Source: Eledone cirrhosa (lineage: Eukaryota). Taken from it: a stretch of 64,000 nucleotides of DNA. The first letter of the stretch is position 1; each line of letters opens with the position of its first letter. Below, piece after piece: positions 31,201-46,000 of the stretch. The translations under genes were made by a program, and so were the position numbers. The DNA lies in contig OZ024741.1 of the NCBI GenBank assembly GCA_964016885.1, positions 410,626,001 through 410,690,000 of the forward strand. The letters run 5' to 3'. The notes under the pieces are model-generated. The model searched no databases, had not been told where the DNA came from, and worked only from the letters and a program-made list of their open reading frames with translations.

Positions 31201-34200
31201 CTGTGACAGTAGAGTGTATATACTATATCTGTGACAGTAGAGTGTATATACTATATATCTGAGACAGTAGAGTGAATATACTATATCTGTGACAGTAGAG
31301 TGTATATACTATATCTGTGACAGTAGAGTGTATATACTATATATCTGAGACAGTAGAGTGTATATACTATATCTGTGACAGTAGAGTGTATATACTATAT
31401 CTGTGACAGTAGAGTGTATATACTATATATCTGAGACAGTAGAGTGTATATACTATATATCTGTGACAGTAGAGTGTATCTACTATATCTGTGACAGTAG
31501 AGTGTATATACTATATCTGTGACAGTAGACTGTATATACTATATATCTGAGACAGTAGAGTGTATATACTATATCTGTGACAGTAGACTGTATACACTAT
31601 ATCTGTGACAGTAGAGTGTATATACTATATCTGTGACAGTAGAGTGTATATACTATATATCTGAGACAGTAGAGTGTATATGCTATATCTGTGACAGTAG
31701 ACTGTATATACTATATCTGTGACAGTAGAGTGTATATACTATATATCTGAGACAGTAGAGTGTATATACTATATATCTGAGACAGTAGAGTGTATATACT
31801 ATATCTGTGACAGTAGAGTGTATATACTATATATCTGTGACAGTAGAGTGTATATACTATATCTGTGACAGTAGAGTGTATATACTATATCTGTGACAGT
31901 AGAGTGTATATACTATATCTGTGACAGTAGAGTGTATATACTATATATCTGAGACAGTAGAGTGTATATACTATATCTGTGACAGTAGAGTGTATATGCT
32001 ATATCTGTGACAGTAGAGTGTATATACTATATCTGTGACAGTAGAGTGTATATACTATATCTGTGACAGTAGAGTGTATATACTATATCTGTGACAGTAG
32101 AGTGTATATACTATATCTGTGACAGTAGAGTGTATATACTATATCTGTGACAGTAGAGTGTATATACTATATTTGTGACAGTAGAGTATATATACTATAT
32201 CTGTGACAGTAGAGTGTATATACTATATCTGTGACAGTAGAGTGTATATACTATATATCTGTGACAGTAGAGTGTATATACTATATCTGTGACAGTAGAG
32301 TGTATATGCTATATCTGTGACAGTAGAGTGTATATACTATATCTGTGAGACATTAGAGTGTATATACTATATCTGTGACAGTAGAGTATATATACTATAT
32401 CTGTGAAGGTAGCGTGTATATACTATATATCTGAGACAGTAGAGTGTATATACTATATATCTGTGACAGTAGAGTGTATATACTATATCTGTGAGACAGT
32501 AGAGTGTATATACTATATCTGTGACAGTAGAGTGTATATACTATATCTGTGACAGTAGAGTGTATATGCTATATCTGTGACAGTAGAGTGTATATACTAT
32601 ATCTGTGAGACATTAGAGTGTATATACTATATCTGTGACAGTAGAGTATATATACTATATCTGTGAAGGTAGCGTGTATATACTATATATCTGAGACAGT
32701 AGAGTGTATATACTATATATCTGTGACAGTAGAGTGTATATACTATATCTGTGAGACAGTAGAGTGTATATACTATATCTGTGACAGTAGAGTGTATATA
32801 CTATATCTGTGACAGTAGAGTGTATATACTATATCTGTGACAGTAGAGTGTATATGCTATATCTGTGACAGTAGAGTGTATATACTATATCTGTGAGACA
32901 TTAGAGTGTATATAATATATCTGTGACAGTAGAGTATATATACTATATCTGTGAAGGTATCGTGTATATACTATATATCTGAGACAGTAGAGTGTATATA
33001 CTATATATCTGTGACAGTAGAGTGTATATACTATATCTGTGACAGTAGAGGGTATATACTATATCTGTGACAGTAGAGTGTATATACTATATCTGTGAGA
33101 GTAGAGTGTATATACTATATCTGTGACAGTAGAGTGTATATAATATATCTGAGACAGTAGAGTGTATATACTATATCTGTGTGACAGTAGAGTGTATATA
33201 CTATATATCTGAGACAGTAGAGTGTATATACTATATCTGTGAGACAGTAGAGTGTATATACTATATCTGTGACAGTAGAGTGTATATACTATATCTGTGT
33301 GACAGTAGAGTGTATATACTATATCTGTGACAGTAGAGTGTATATACTATATCTGTGACAGTAGAGTGTATATACTATATCTGTGACAGTAGAGTGTATA
33401 TACTATATCTGTGACAGTAGAGTGTATATACTATATATCTGAGACAGTAGAGTGTATATACTATATATCTGAGACAGTAGAGTGTATATACTATATCTGT
33501 GACAGTAGAGTGTATATACTATATATCTGTGACAGTAGAGTGTATAGACTATATCTGTGAGACAGTAGAGTGTATATACTATATCTGTGACAGTAGAGTG
33601 TATATACTATATCTGTGACAGTAGAGTGTATATACTATATATCTGAGACAGTAGAGTGTATATACTATATCTGTGACAGTAGAGTGTATATACTATATCT
33701 GTGAGACAGTAGAGTGTATATACTATATATCTGTGACAGTAGAGTGTATATACTATATCTGTGTGACAGTAGAGTGTATATACAATATCTGTGACAGTAG
33801 AGTGTATATACTATATCTGAGACAGTAGAGTGTATATACTATATCTGAGACAGTAGAGTGTATATACTATATCTGTGACAGTAGAGTGTATATACTATAT
33901 CTGTGAGACAGTAGAGTGTATATACTATATCTGTGACAGTAGAGTGTATATACTATATCTGTGACAGTAGAGTGTATATACTATATATCTGAGACAGTAG
34001 AGTGTATATACTATATCTGTGACAGTAGAGTGTATATACTATATCTGTGACAGTAGAGTGTATATACTATATATCTGAGATAGTAGAGTGTATATACTAT
34101 ATCTGTGACAGTAGAGTGTATATACTATATCTGTGACAGTAGAGTGTATATACTATATATCTGAGAGAGTAGAGTGTATATACTATATATCTGAGACAGT

Positions 34201-35518
34201 AGAGTGTATATACTATATCTGTGACAGTAGAGTGTATATACTATATCTGTGACAGTAGAGTGTATATACTATATCTGTGACAGTAGAGTGTATCTACTAT
34301 ATCTGTGACAGTAGACTGTATATACTATATCTGTGACAGTAGAGTGTATATACTATATCTGTGACAGTAGAGTGTATATACTATATCTGTGACAGCAGAG
34401 TGTATATACTATATTTGTGACAGTAGAGTGTATATACTATATCTGTGAGATGGTAGAGTGTATATACTATATCTGTGACAGTAGAGTATATATACTATAT
34501 CTGTGACAGTAGAGTGTATATACTATATATCTGTGACAGTAGAGTGTATATACTATATATCTGAGACAGTAGAGTGTATATACTATATCTGTGACAGTAG
34601 AGTGTATATACTATATATCTGTGACAGTAGAGTGTATATACTATATCTGTGAGACAGTAGAGTGTATATACTATATCTGTGACAGTAGAGTGTATATACT
34701 ATATCTGTGACAGTAGAGTGTATATACTATATCTGTGACAGTAGAGTGTATATACTATATCTGTGACAGTAGAGTGTATATACTATATCTGTGACAGCAG
34801 AGTGTATATACTATATTTGTGACAGTAGAGTCTATATACTATATCTGTGAGACGGTAGAGTGTATATACTATATCTGTGACAGTAGAGTATATATACTAT
34901 ATCTGTGACAGTAGAGTGTATATACTATATATCTGTGACAGTAGAGTGTATATACTATATATCTGAGACAGTAGAGTGTATATACTATATCTGTGACAGT
35001 AGAGTGTATATACTATATATCTGTGACAGTAGAGTGTATATACTATATCTGTGAGACAGTAGAGTGTATATACTATATCTGTGACAGTAGAGTGTATATA
35101 CTATATCTGTGACAGTAGAGTGTATATACTATATATCTGTGACAGTAGAGTGTATATACTATATATCTGTGACAGTAGAGTGTATATACTATATATCTGA
35201 GACAGTAGAGTGTATATACTATTTATCTGAGACAGTAGAGTGTATATACTATATCTGTGACAGTAGAGTGTATGTACTATATATCTGAGACAGTAGAGTG
35301 TATATACTATATCTGTGACAGTAAAGTGTATATACTATATCTGTGACAGTAGAGTGTATATACTATATCTGTGACAGTAGAGTGTATATACTATATATCT
35401 GAGATAGTAGAGTGTATATACTATATCTGTGACAGTAGAGTGTATATACTATATCTGTGACAGTAGAGTGTATATACTATATATCTGAGACAGTAGAGTG
35501 TATATACTATATATCTGA

Positions 35519-38500
35519 GACAGTAGAGTGTATATACTATATCTGTGACAGTAGAGTGTATATACTATATCTGTGACAGTAGAGTGTATATACTATATCT
35601 GTGACAGTAGAGTGTATCTACTATATCTGTGACAGTAGACTGTATATACTATATCTGTGACAGTAGAGTGTATATACTATATCTGTGACAGTAGAGTGTA
35701 TATACTATATATCTGAGACAGTAGAGTGTATATACTATATCTGTGACAGTAGAGTGTATATACTATATATCTGAGACAGTAGAGTGTATATACTATATCT
35801 GTGACAGTAGAGTGTATATACTATATCTGTGACAGTAGAGTGTATATACTATATCTGTGACAGTTGAGTGTATATACTATATCTGTGACAGTAGAGTGTA
35901 TATACTATATATCTGAGACAGTAGAGTGTATATACTATATCTGTGAGAGTAGAGTGTATATACTATATCTGTGACAGTAGAGTATATATACTATATATCT
36001 GTGACAGTAGAGTGTATATACTATATATCTGAGACAGTAGAGTGTATATACTATATATCTGTGACAGTAGAGTGTATATACTATATATCTGAGACAGTAG
36101 AGTATATATACTATATCTGTGACAGTAGAGTGTATATACTATATATCTGTGACAGTAGAGTGTATATACTATATCTGTGACAGTAGAGTGTATATACTAT
36201 ATATCTGTGACAGTAGAGTGTATATACTATATCTGTGACAGTAGAGTGTATATACTATATCTGTGACAGTAGAGTGTATATACTATATCTGAGACGGTAG
36301 AGTGTATATACTATATCTGTGTGACAGTAGAGTAAATATACTATATCTGTGACAGTAGAGTATATATACTATATCTGTGACAGTAGAGTGTATATACTAT
36401 ATATCTGTGACAGTAGAGTGTATATACTATATCTGTGACAGTAGAATGTATATACTATATCTGAGACAGTAGAGTGTATATACTATATCTGAGACAGTAG
36501 AGTGTATATACTATATCTGTGACAGTAGAGTGTATATACTATATCTGAGACAGTAGAGTGTATATACTATATCTGTGACAGTAGAGTGTATATACTATAT
36601 CTGTGACAGTAGAGTGTATATACAATATCTGTGACAGTAGAGTGTATATACTATATATCTGTGACAGTAGAGTGTATATACTATATCTGTGACAGTAGAG
36701 TGTATACACTATATCTGTGACAGTAGAGTGTATATACTATATCTGTGACAGTAGAGTGTATATACTATATCTGTGACAGTAGAGTGTATATACTATATAT
36801 CTGAGACAGTAGAGTGTATATACTATATATCTGTGACAGTAGAGTGTATCTACTATATCTGTGACAGTAGACTGTATATACTATATCTGAGACAGTAGAG
36901 TGTATATACTATATCTGTGACAGTAGAGTGTATATACTATATCTGTGACAGTAGAGTGTATATACTATATCTGTGACAGTAGAGTGTATATACTATATAT
37001 CTGAGACTCTGTGACAGTAGAGTGTATATACTATATATCTGTGACAGTAGAGTGTATATACTATATCTGTGACAGTAGAGTGTATATACTATATCTGAGA
37101 CAGTAGAGTGTATATACTATATCTGTGTGACAGTAGAGTGTATATACTATATCTGTGACAGTAGAGTGTATATACTATATCTGAGACAGTAGAGTGTATA
37201 TACTATATCTGTGACAGTAGAGTGTATATACTATATATCTGAGACAGTAGAGTGTATATACTATATATCTGAGACAGTAGAGTGTATCTACTATATCTGT
37301 GACAGTAGAGTGTATATACTATATATCTGAGACTCTGTGACAGTAGAGTGTATATACTATATATCTGTGACAGTAGAGTGTATATACTATATCTGTGACA
37401 GTAGAGTGTATATACTATATCTGTGACAGTAGAGTGTATATACTATATCTGTGACAGTAGAGTGTATATACTATATCTGTGACAGTAGAGTGTATATACT
37501 ATATATCTGTGACAGTAGAGTGTATATACTATATATCTGTGACAGTAGAGTGTATCTACTATATCTGTGACAGTAGACTGTATATACTATATCTGTGACA
37601 GTAGAGTGTATATACTATATATCTGAGACTCTGTGACAGTAGAGTGTATATACTATATATCTGTGACAGTAGAATGTATATACTATATCTGTGACAGTAG
37701 AGTGTATATACTATATCTGTGACAGTAGAGTGTATATACTATATCTGAGACAGTAGAGTGTATATACTATATCTGTGTGACAGTAGAGTGTATATACTAT
37801 ATCTGTGACAGTAGAGTGTATATACTATATCTGTGACAGTAGAGTGTATATACTATATCTGTGACAGTAGAGTGTATCTACTATATCTGTGACAGTAGAC
37901 TGTATATACTATATCTGTGACAGTAGAGTGTATATACTATATCTGTGACAGTAGAGTGTATATACTATATATCTGAGACAGTAGAGTGTATATACTATAT
38001 CTGTGACAGTAGAGTGTATATACTATATATCTGAGACAGTAGAGTGTATATACTATATCTGTGACAGTAGAGTGTATATACTATATCTGTGACAGTAGAG
38101 TGTATATACTATATCTGTGACAGTTGAGTGTATATACTATATCTGTGACAGTAGAGTGTATATACTATATATCTGAGACAGTAGAGTGTATATACTATAT
38201 CTGTGAGAGTAGAGTGTATATACTATATCTGTGACAGTAGAGTATATATACTATATATCTGTGACAGTAGAGTGTATATACTATATATCTGAGACAGTAG
38301 AGTGTATATACTATATATCTGTGACAGTAGAGTGTATATACTATATATCTGAGACAGTAGAGTATATATACTATATCTGTGACAGTAGAGTGTATATACT
38401 ATATATCTGTGACAGTAGAGTGTATATACTATATCTGTGACAGTAGAGTGTATATACTATATATCTGTGACAGTAGAGTGTATATACTATATCTGTGACA

Positions 38501-40093
38501 GTAGAGTGTATATACTATATCTGTGACAGTAGAGTGTATATACTATATCTGAGACGGTAGAGTGTATATACTATATCTGTGTGACAGTAGAGTAAATATA
38601 CTATATCTGTGACAGTAGAGTATATATACTATATCTGTGACAGTAGAGTGTATATACTATATATCTGTGACAGTAGAGTGTATATACTATATCTGTGACA
38701 GTAGAATGTATATACTATATCTGAGACAGTAGAGTGTATATACTATATCTGAGACAGTAGAGTGTATATACTATATCTGTGACAGTAGAGTGTATATACT
38801 ATATCTGAGACAGTAGAGTGTATATACTATATCTGTGACAGTAGAGTGTATATACTATATCTGTGACAGTAGAGTGTATATACAATATCTGTGACAGTAG
38901 AGTGTATATACTATATATCTGTGACAGTAGAGTGTATATACTATATCTGTGACAGTAGAGTGTATACACTATATCTGTGACAGTAGAGTGTATATACTAT
39001 ATCTGTGACAGTAGAGTGTATATACTATATCTGTGACAGTAGAGTGTATATACTATATATCTGAGACAGTAGAGTGTATATACTATATATCTGTGACAGT
39101 AGAGTGTATCTACTATATCTGTGACAGTAGACTGTATATACTATATCTGAGACAGTAGAGTGTATATACTATATCTGTGACAGTAGAGTGTATATACTAT
39201 ATCTGTGACAGTAGAGTGTATATACTATATCTGTGACAGTAGAGTGTATATACTATATATCTGAGACTCTGTGACAGTAGAGTGTATATACTATATATCT
39301 GTGACAGTAGAGTGTATATACTATATCTGTGACAGTAGAGTGTATATACTATATCTGAGACAGTAGAGTGTATATACTATATCTGTGTGACAGTAGAGTG
39401 TATATACTATATCTGTGACAGTAGAGTGTATATACTATATCTGAGACAGTAGAGTGTATATACTATATCTGTGACAGTAGAGTGTATATACTATATATCT
39501 GAGACAGTAGAGTGTATATACTATATATCTGAGACAGTAGAGTGTATCTACTATATCTGTGACAGTAGAGTGTATATACTATATATCTGAGACTCTGTGA
39601 CAGTAGAGTGTATATACTATATATCTGTGACAGTAGAGTGTATATACTATATCTGTGACAGTAGAGTGTATATACTATATCTGTGACAGTAGAGTGTATA
39701 TACTATATCTGTGACAGTAGAGTGTATATACTATATCTGTGACAGTAGAGTGTATATACTATATATCTGTGACAGTAGAGTGTATATACTATATATCTGT
39801 GACAGTAGAGTGTATCTACTATATCTGTGACAGTAGACTGTATATACTATATCTGTGACAGTAGAGTGTATATACTATATATCTGAGACTCTGTGACAGT
39901 AGAGTGTATATACTATATATCTGTGACAGTAGAATGTATATACTATATCTGTGACAGTAGAGTGTATATACTATATCTGTGACAGTAGAGTGTATATACT
40001 ATATCTGAGACAGTAGAGTGTATATACTATATCTGTGTGACAGTAGAGTGTATATACTATATCTGTGACAGTAGAGTGTATATACTATATCTG
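35519..40093 (+). repeat. Near-perfect tandem duplication, period 2260 bp
   Basis: AGTAAATATA at 36331/38591, identical ORF-track entries at 35971/38231, and 38-bp monomers at 37001/39261, 37327/39587 and 37623/39883 all have offset 2260. Confidence 0.92.
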
Positions 40094-43000
40094 AGACAGT
40101 AGAGTGTATATACTATATCTGAGACAGTAGAGTGTATATACTATATCTGTGACGGTAGAGTGCATATACTATATATCTGTGACAGTAGAGTGTATATACT
40201 ATATCTGTGAGACAGTAGAGTGTATATACTATATATCTGTGACAGTAGAGTGTATATACTATATCTGTGACAGTAGAGTGTATATACTATATCTGTGACA
40301 GTAGAGTGTATATACTATATCTGAGACAGTAGAGTGTATATACTATATCTGTGTGACAGTAGAGTGTATATACTATATCTGTGACAGTAGAGTGTATATA
40401 CTATATCTGAGATAGTAGAGTGTATATACTATATTTGTGACAGTAGAGTGTATATACTATATATCTGAGACAGTAGAGTGTATATACTATATCTGTGACA
40501 GTAGAGTGTATATACTATATCTGTGACAGTAGAGTGTATATACTATATATCTGAGATAGTAGAGTGTATATACTGTATCTGTGACAGTAGAGTGTATATA
40601 CTATATCTGTGACAGTAGAGTGTATATACTATATATCTGAGAGAGTAGAGTGTATATACTATATATCTGAGACAGTAGAGTGTATATACTATATCTGTGA
40701 CAGTAGAGTGTATATACTATATCTGTGACAGTAGAGTGTATATACTATATCTGTGACAGTAGAGTGTATCTACTATATCTGTGACAGTAGACTGTATATA
40801 CTATATCTGTGACAGTAGAGTGTATATACTATATCTGTGACAGTAGACTGTATACACTATATCTGTGACAGTAGAGTGTATATACTATATATCTGAGACT
40901 CTGTGACAGTAGAGTGTATATACTATATATCTGTGACAGTAGAATGTATATACTATATCTGTGACAGTAGAGTGTATATACTATATCTGTGACAGTAGAG
41001 TGTATATACTATATCTGAGACAGTAGAGTGTATATACTATATCTGTGTGACAGTAGAGTGTATATACTATATCTGTGACAGTAGAGTGTATATACTATAT
41101 CTGAGACAGTAGAGTGTATATACTATATCTGAGACAGTAGAGTGTATATACTATATCTGTGACGGTAGAGTGCATATACTATATATCTGTGACAGTAGAG
41201 TGTATATACTATATCTGTGAGACAGTAGAGTGTATATACTATATATCTGTGACAGTAGAGTGTATATACTATATCTGTGACAGTAGAGTGTATATACTAT
41301 ATCTGTGACAGTAGAGTGTATATACTATATCTGAGACAGTAGAGTGTATATACTATATCTGTGTGACAGTAGAGTGTATATACTATATCTGTGACAGTAG
41401 AGTGTATATACTATATCTGAGATAGTAGAGTGTATATACTATATTTGTGACAGTAGAGTGTATATACTATATATCTGAGACAGTAGAGTGTATATACTAT
41501 ATCTGTGACAGTAGAGTGTATATACTATTTCTGTGACAGTAGAGTGTATATACTATATATCTGAGATAGTAGAGTGTATATACTATATCTGTGACAGTAG
41601 AGTGTATATACTATATCTGTGACAGTAGAGTGTATATACTATATATCTGAGAGAGTAGAGTGTATATACTATATATCTGAGACAGTAGAGTGTATATACT
41701 ATATCTGTGACAGTAGAGTGTATATACTATATCTGTGACAGTAGAGTGTATATACTATATCTGTGACAGTAGAGTGTATCTACTATATCTGTGACAGTAG
41801 ACTGTATATACTATATCTGTGACAGTAGAGTGTATATACTATATCTGTGACAGTAGAGTGTATATGCTATATCTGTGACAATACAGTGTATATACTATAT
41901 CTGTAACAGTAGACTGTATATACTATATCTGTGACAGTAGAGTGTATATACTATATCTGTGACAGTAGAGTGTATATACTATATCTGTGACAGTAGACTG
42001 TATATACTATATCTGTGACAGTAGAGTGTATATACTATATCTGTGACAGTAGAGTGTATATACTATATCTGAGACAGTAGAGTGTATATACTATATCTGT
42101 GACAGTAGAGTGTATATACTATATATCTGTGACAGTAGAGTGTATATACTATATCTGTGACAGTAGAGTGTATATGCTATATCTGTGACAGTAGAGTGTA
42201 TATACTATATCTGTGAGACAGTAGAGTGTATATACTATATCTGTGACAGTAGAGTGTATATACTATATATCTGAGACAGTAGAGTGTATATGCTATATCT
42301 GTGACAGTAGAGTGTATATACTATATCTGTGAGACAGTAGAGTGTATATACTATATCTGTGACAGTAGAGTATATATACTATATCTGTGAAGGTAGCGTG
42401 TATATACTATATATCTGAGACAGTAGAGTGTATATACTATATATCTGTGACAGTAGAGTGTATATACTATATCTGTGACAGTAGAGTGTATATACTATAT
42501 CTGTGACAGTAGAGTGTATATACTATATATCTGAGACATTAGAGTGTATATGCTATATCTGTGACAGTAGAATGTATATACTATATATCTGAGACAGTAG
42601 AGTGTATATACTATATCTGTGACAGTAGAGTGTATATACTATATATCTGAGACAGTAGAGTGTATATACTATATCTGTGACAGTAGAGTGTATATACTAT
42701 ATCTGTGACAGTAGAGTGTATATACTATATCTGTGACAGTAGAGTGTATATACTATATCTGTGACAGTAGAGTGTATATACTATATATCTGAGACAGTAG
42801 AGTGTATATACTATATCTGTGAGAGTAGAGTGTATATACTATATCTGTGACAGTAGAGTATATATACTATATATCTGTGACAGTAGTGTGTATATACTAT
42901 ATATCTGAGACAGTAGAGTGTATATACTATATATCTGTGACAGTAGAGTGTATATACTATATATCTGAGACAGTAGAGTATATATACTATATCTGTGACA

Positions 43001-46000
43001 GTAGAGTGTATATACTATATATCTGTGACAGTAGAGTGTATATACTATATCTGTGACAGTAGAGTGTATATACTATATATCTGTGACAGTAGAGTGTATA
43101 TACTATATCTGTGACAGTAGAGTGTATATACTATATCTGTGACAGTAGAGTGTATGTACTATATCTGAGACGGTAGAGTGTATATACTATATCTGTGTGA
43201 CAGTAGAGTGAATATACTATATCTGTGACAGTAGAGTATATATACTATATCTGTGACAGTAGAGTGTATATACTATATATCTGTGACAGTAGAGTGTATA
43301 TACTATATCTGTGACAGTAGAATGTATATACTATATCTGAGACAGTAGAGTGTATATACTATATCTGAGACAGTAGAGTGTATATACTATATCTGTGACA
43401 GTAGAGTGTATATACTATATCTGAGACAGTAGAGTGTATATACTATATCTGTGACAGTAGAGTGTATATACTATATCTGTGACAGTAGAGTGTATATACA
43501 ATATCTGTGACAGTAGAGTGTATATACTATATATCTGTGACAGTAGAGTGTATATACTATATCTGTGACAGTAGAGTGTATACACTATATCTGTGACAGT
43601 AGAGTGTATATACTATATCTGTGACAGTAGAGTGTATATACTATATCTGTGACAGTAGAGTGTATATACTATATATCTGAGACAGTAGAGTGTATATACT
43701 ATATATCTGTGACAGTAGAGTGTATCTACTATATCTGTGACAGTAGACTGTATATACTATATCTGAGACAGTAGAGTGTATATACTATATCTGTGACAGT
43801 AGAGTGTATATACTATATCTGTGACAGTAGAGTGTATATACTATATATCTGAGACTCTGTGACAGTAGAGTGTATATACTATATATCTGTGACAGTAGAG
43901 TGTATATACTATATCTGTGACAGTAGAGTGTATATACTATATCTGAGACAGTAGAGTGTATATACTATATCTGTGTGACAGTAGAGTGTATATACTATAT
44001 CTGTGACAGTAGAGTGTATATACTATATCTGAGACAGTAGAGTGTATATACTATATCTGTGACAGTAGAGTGTATATACTATATATCTGAGACAGTAGAG
44101 TGTATATACTATATATCTGAGACAGTAGAGTGTATCTACTATATCTGTGACAGTAGAGTGTATATACTATATATCTGAGACTCTGTGACAGTAGAGTGTA
44201 TATACTATATATCTGTGACAGTAGAGTGTATATACTATATCTGTGACAGTAGAATGTATATACTATATCTGTGACAGTAGAGTGTATATACTATATCTGT
44301 GACAGTAGAGTGTATATACTATATCTGTGACAGTAGAGTGTATATACTATATATCTGAGACAGTAGAGTGTATATACTATATATCTGTGACAGTAGAGTG
44401 TATCTACTATATCTGTGACAGTAGACTGTATATACTATATCTGTGACAGTAGAGTGTATATACTATATATCTGAGACTCTGTGACAGTAGAGTGTATATA
44501 CTATATATCTGTGACAGTAGAATGTATATACTATATCTGTGACAGTAGAGTGTATATACTATATCTGTGACAGTAGAGTGTATATACTATATCTGAGACA
44601 GTAGAGTGTATATACTATATCTGTGTGACAGTAGAGTGTATATACTATATCTGTGACAGTAGAGTGTATATACTATATCTGAGACAGTAGAGTGTATATA
44701 CTATATCTGAGACAGTAGAGTGTATATACTATATCTGTGACAGTAGAGTGCATATACTATATATCTGTGACAGTAGAGTGTATATACTATATCTGTGAGA
44801 CAGTAGAGTGTATATACTATATATCTGTGACAGTAGAGTGTATATACTATATCTGTGACAGTAGAGTGTATATACTATATCTGTGACAGTAGAGTGTATA
44901 TACTATATCTGAGACAGTAGAGTGTATATACTATATCTGTGTGACAGTAGAGTGTATATACTATATCTGTGACAGTAGAGTGTATATACTATATCTGAGA
45001 TAGTAGAGTGTATATACTATATTTGTGACAGTAGAGTGTATATACTATATATCTGAGACAGTAGAGTGTATATACTATATCTGTGACAGTAGAGTGTATA
45101 TACTATATCTGTGACAGTAGAGTGTATATACTATATATCTGAGATAGTAGAGTGTATATACTGTATCTGTGACAGTAGAGTGTATATACTATATCTGTGA
45201 CAGTAGAGTGTATATACTATATATCTGAGAGAGTAGAGTGTATATACTATATATCTGAGACAGTAGAGTGTATATACTATATCTGTGACAGTAGAGTGTA
45301 TATACTATATCTGTGACAGTAGAGTGTATATACTATATCTGTGACAGTAGAGTGTATCTACTATATCTGTGACAGTAGACTGTATATACTATATCTGTGA
45401 CAGTAGAGTGTATATACTATATCTGTGACAGTAGAGTGTATATGCTATATCTGTGACAATACAGTGTATATACTATATCTGTGACAGTAGACTGTATATA
45501 CTATATCTGTGACAGTAGAGTGTATATACTATATCTGTGACAGTAGACTGTATATACTATATCTGTGACAGTAGAGTGTATATACTATATATCTGAGACT
45601 CTGTGACAGTAGAGTGTATATACTATATATCTGTGACAGTAGAATGTATATACTATATCTGTGACAGTAGAGTGTATATACTATATCTGTGACAGTAGAG
45701 TGTATATACTATATCTGAGACAGTAGAGTGTATATACTATATCTGTGTGACAGTAGAGTGTATATACTATATCTGTGACAGTAGAGTGTATATACTATAT
45801 CTGAGACAGTAGAGTGTATATACTATATCTGAGACAGTAGAGTGTATATACTATATCTGTGACAGTAGAGTGCATATACTATATATCTGTGACAGTAGAG
45901 TGTATATACTATATCTGTGAGACAGTAGAGTGTATATACTATATATCTGTGACAGTAGAGTGTATATACTATATCTGTGACAGTAGAGTGTATATACTAT

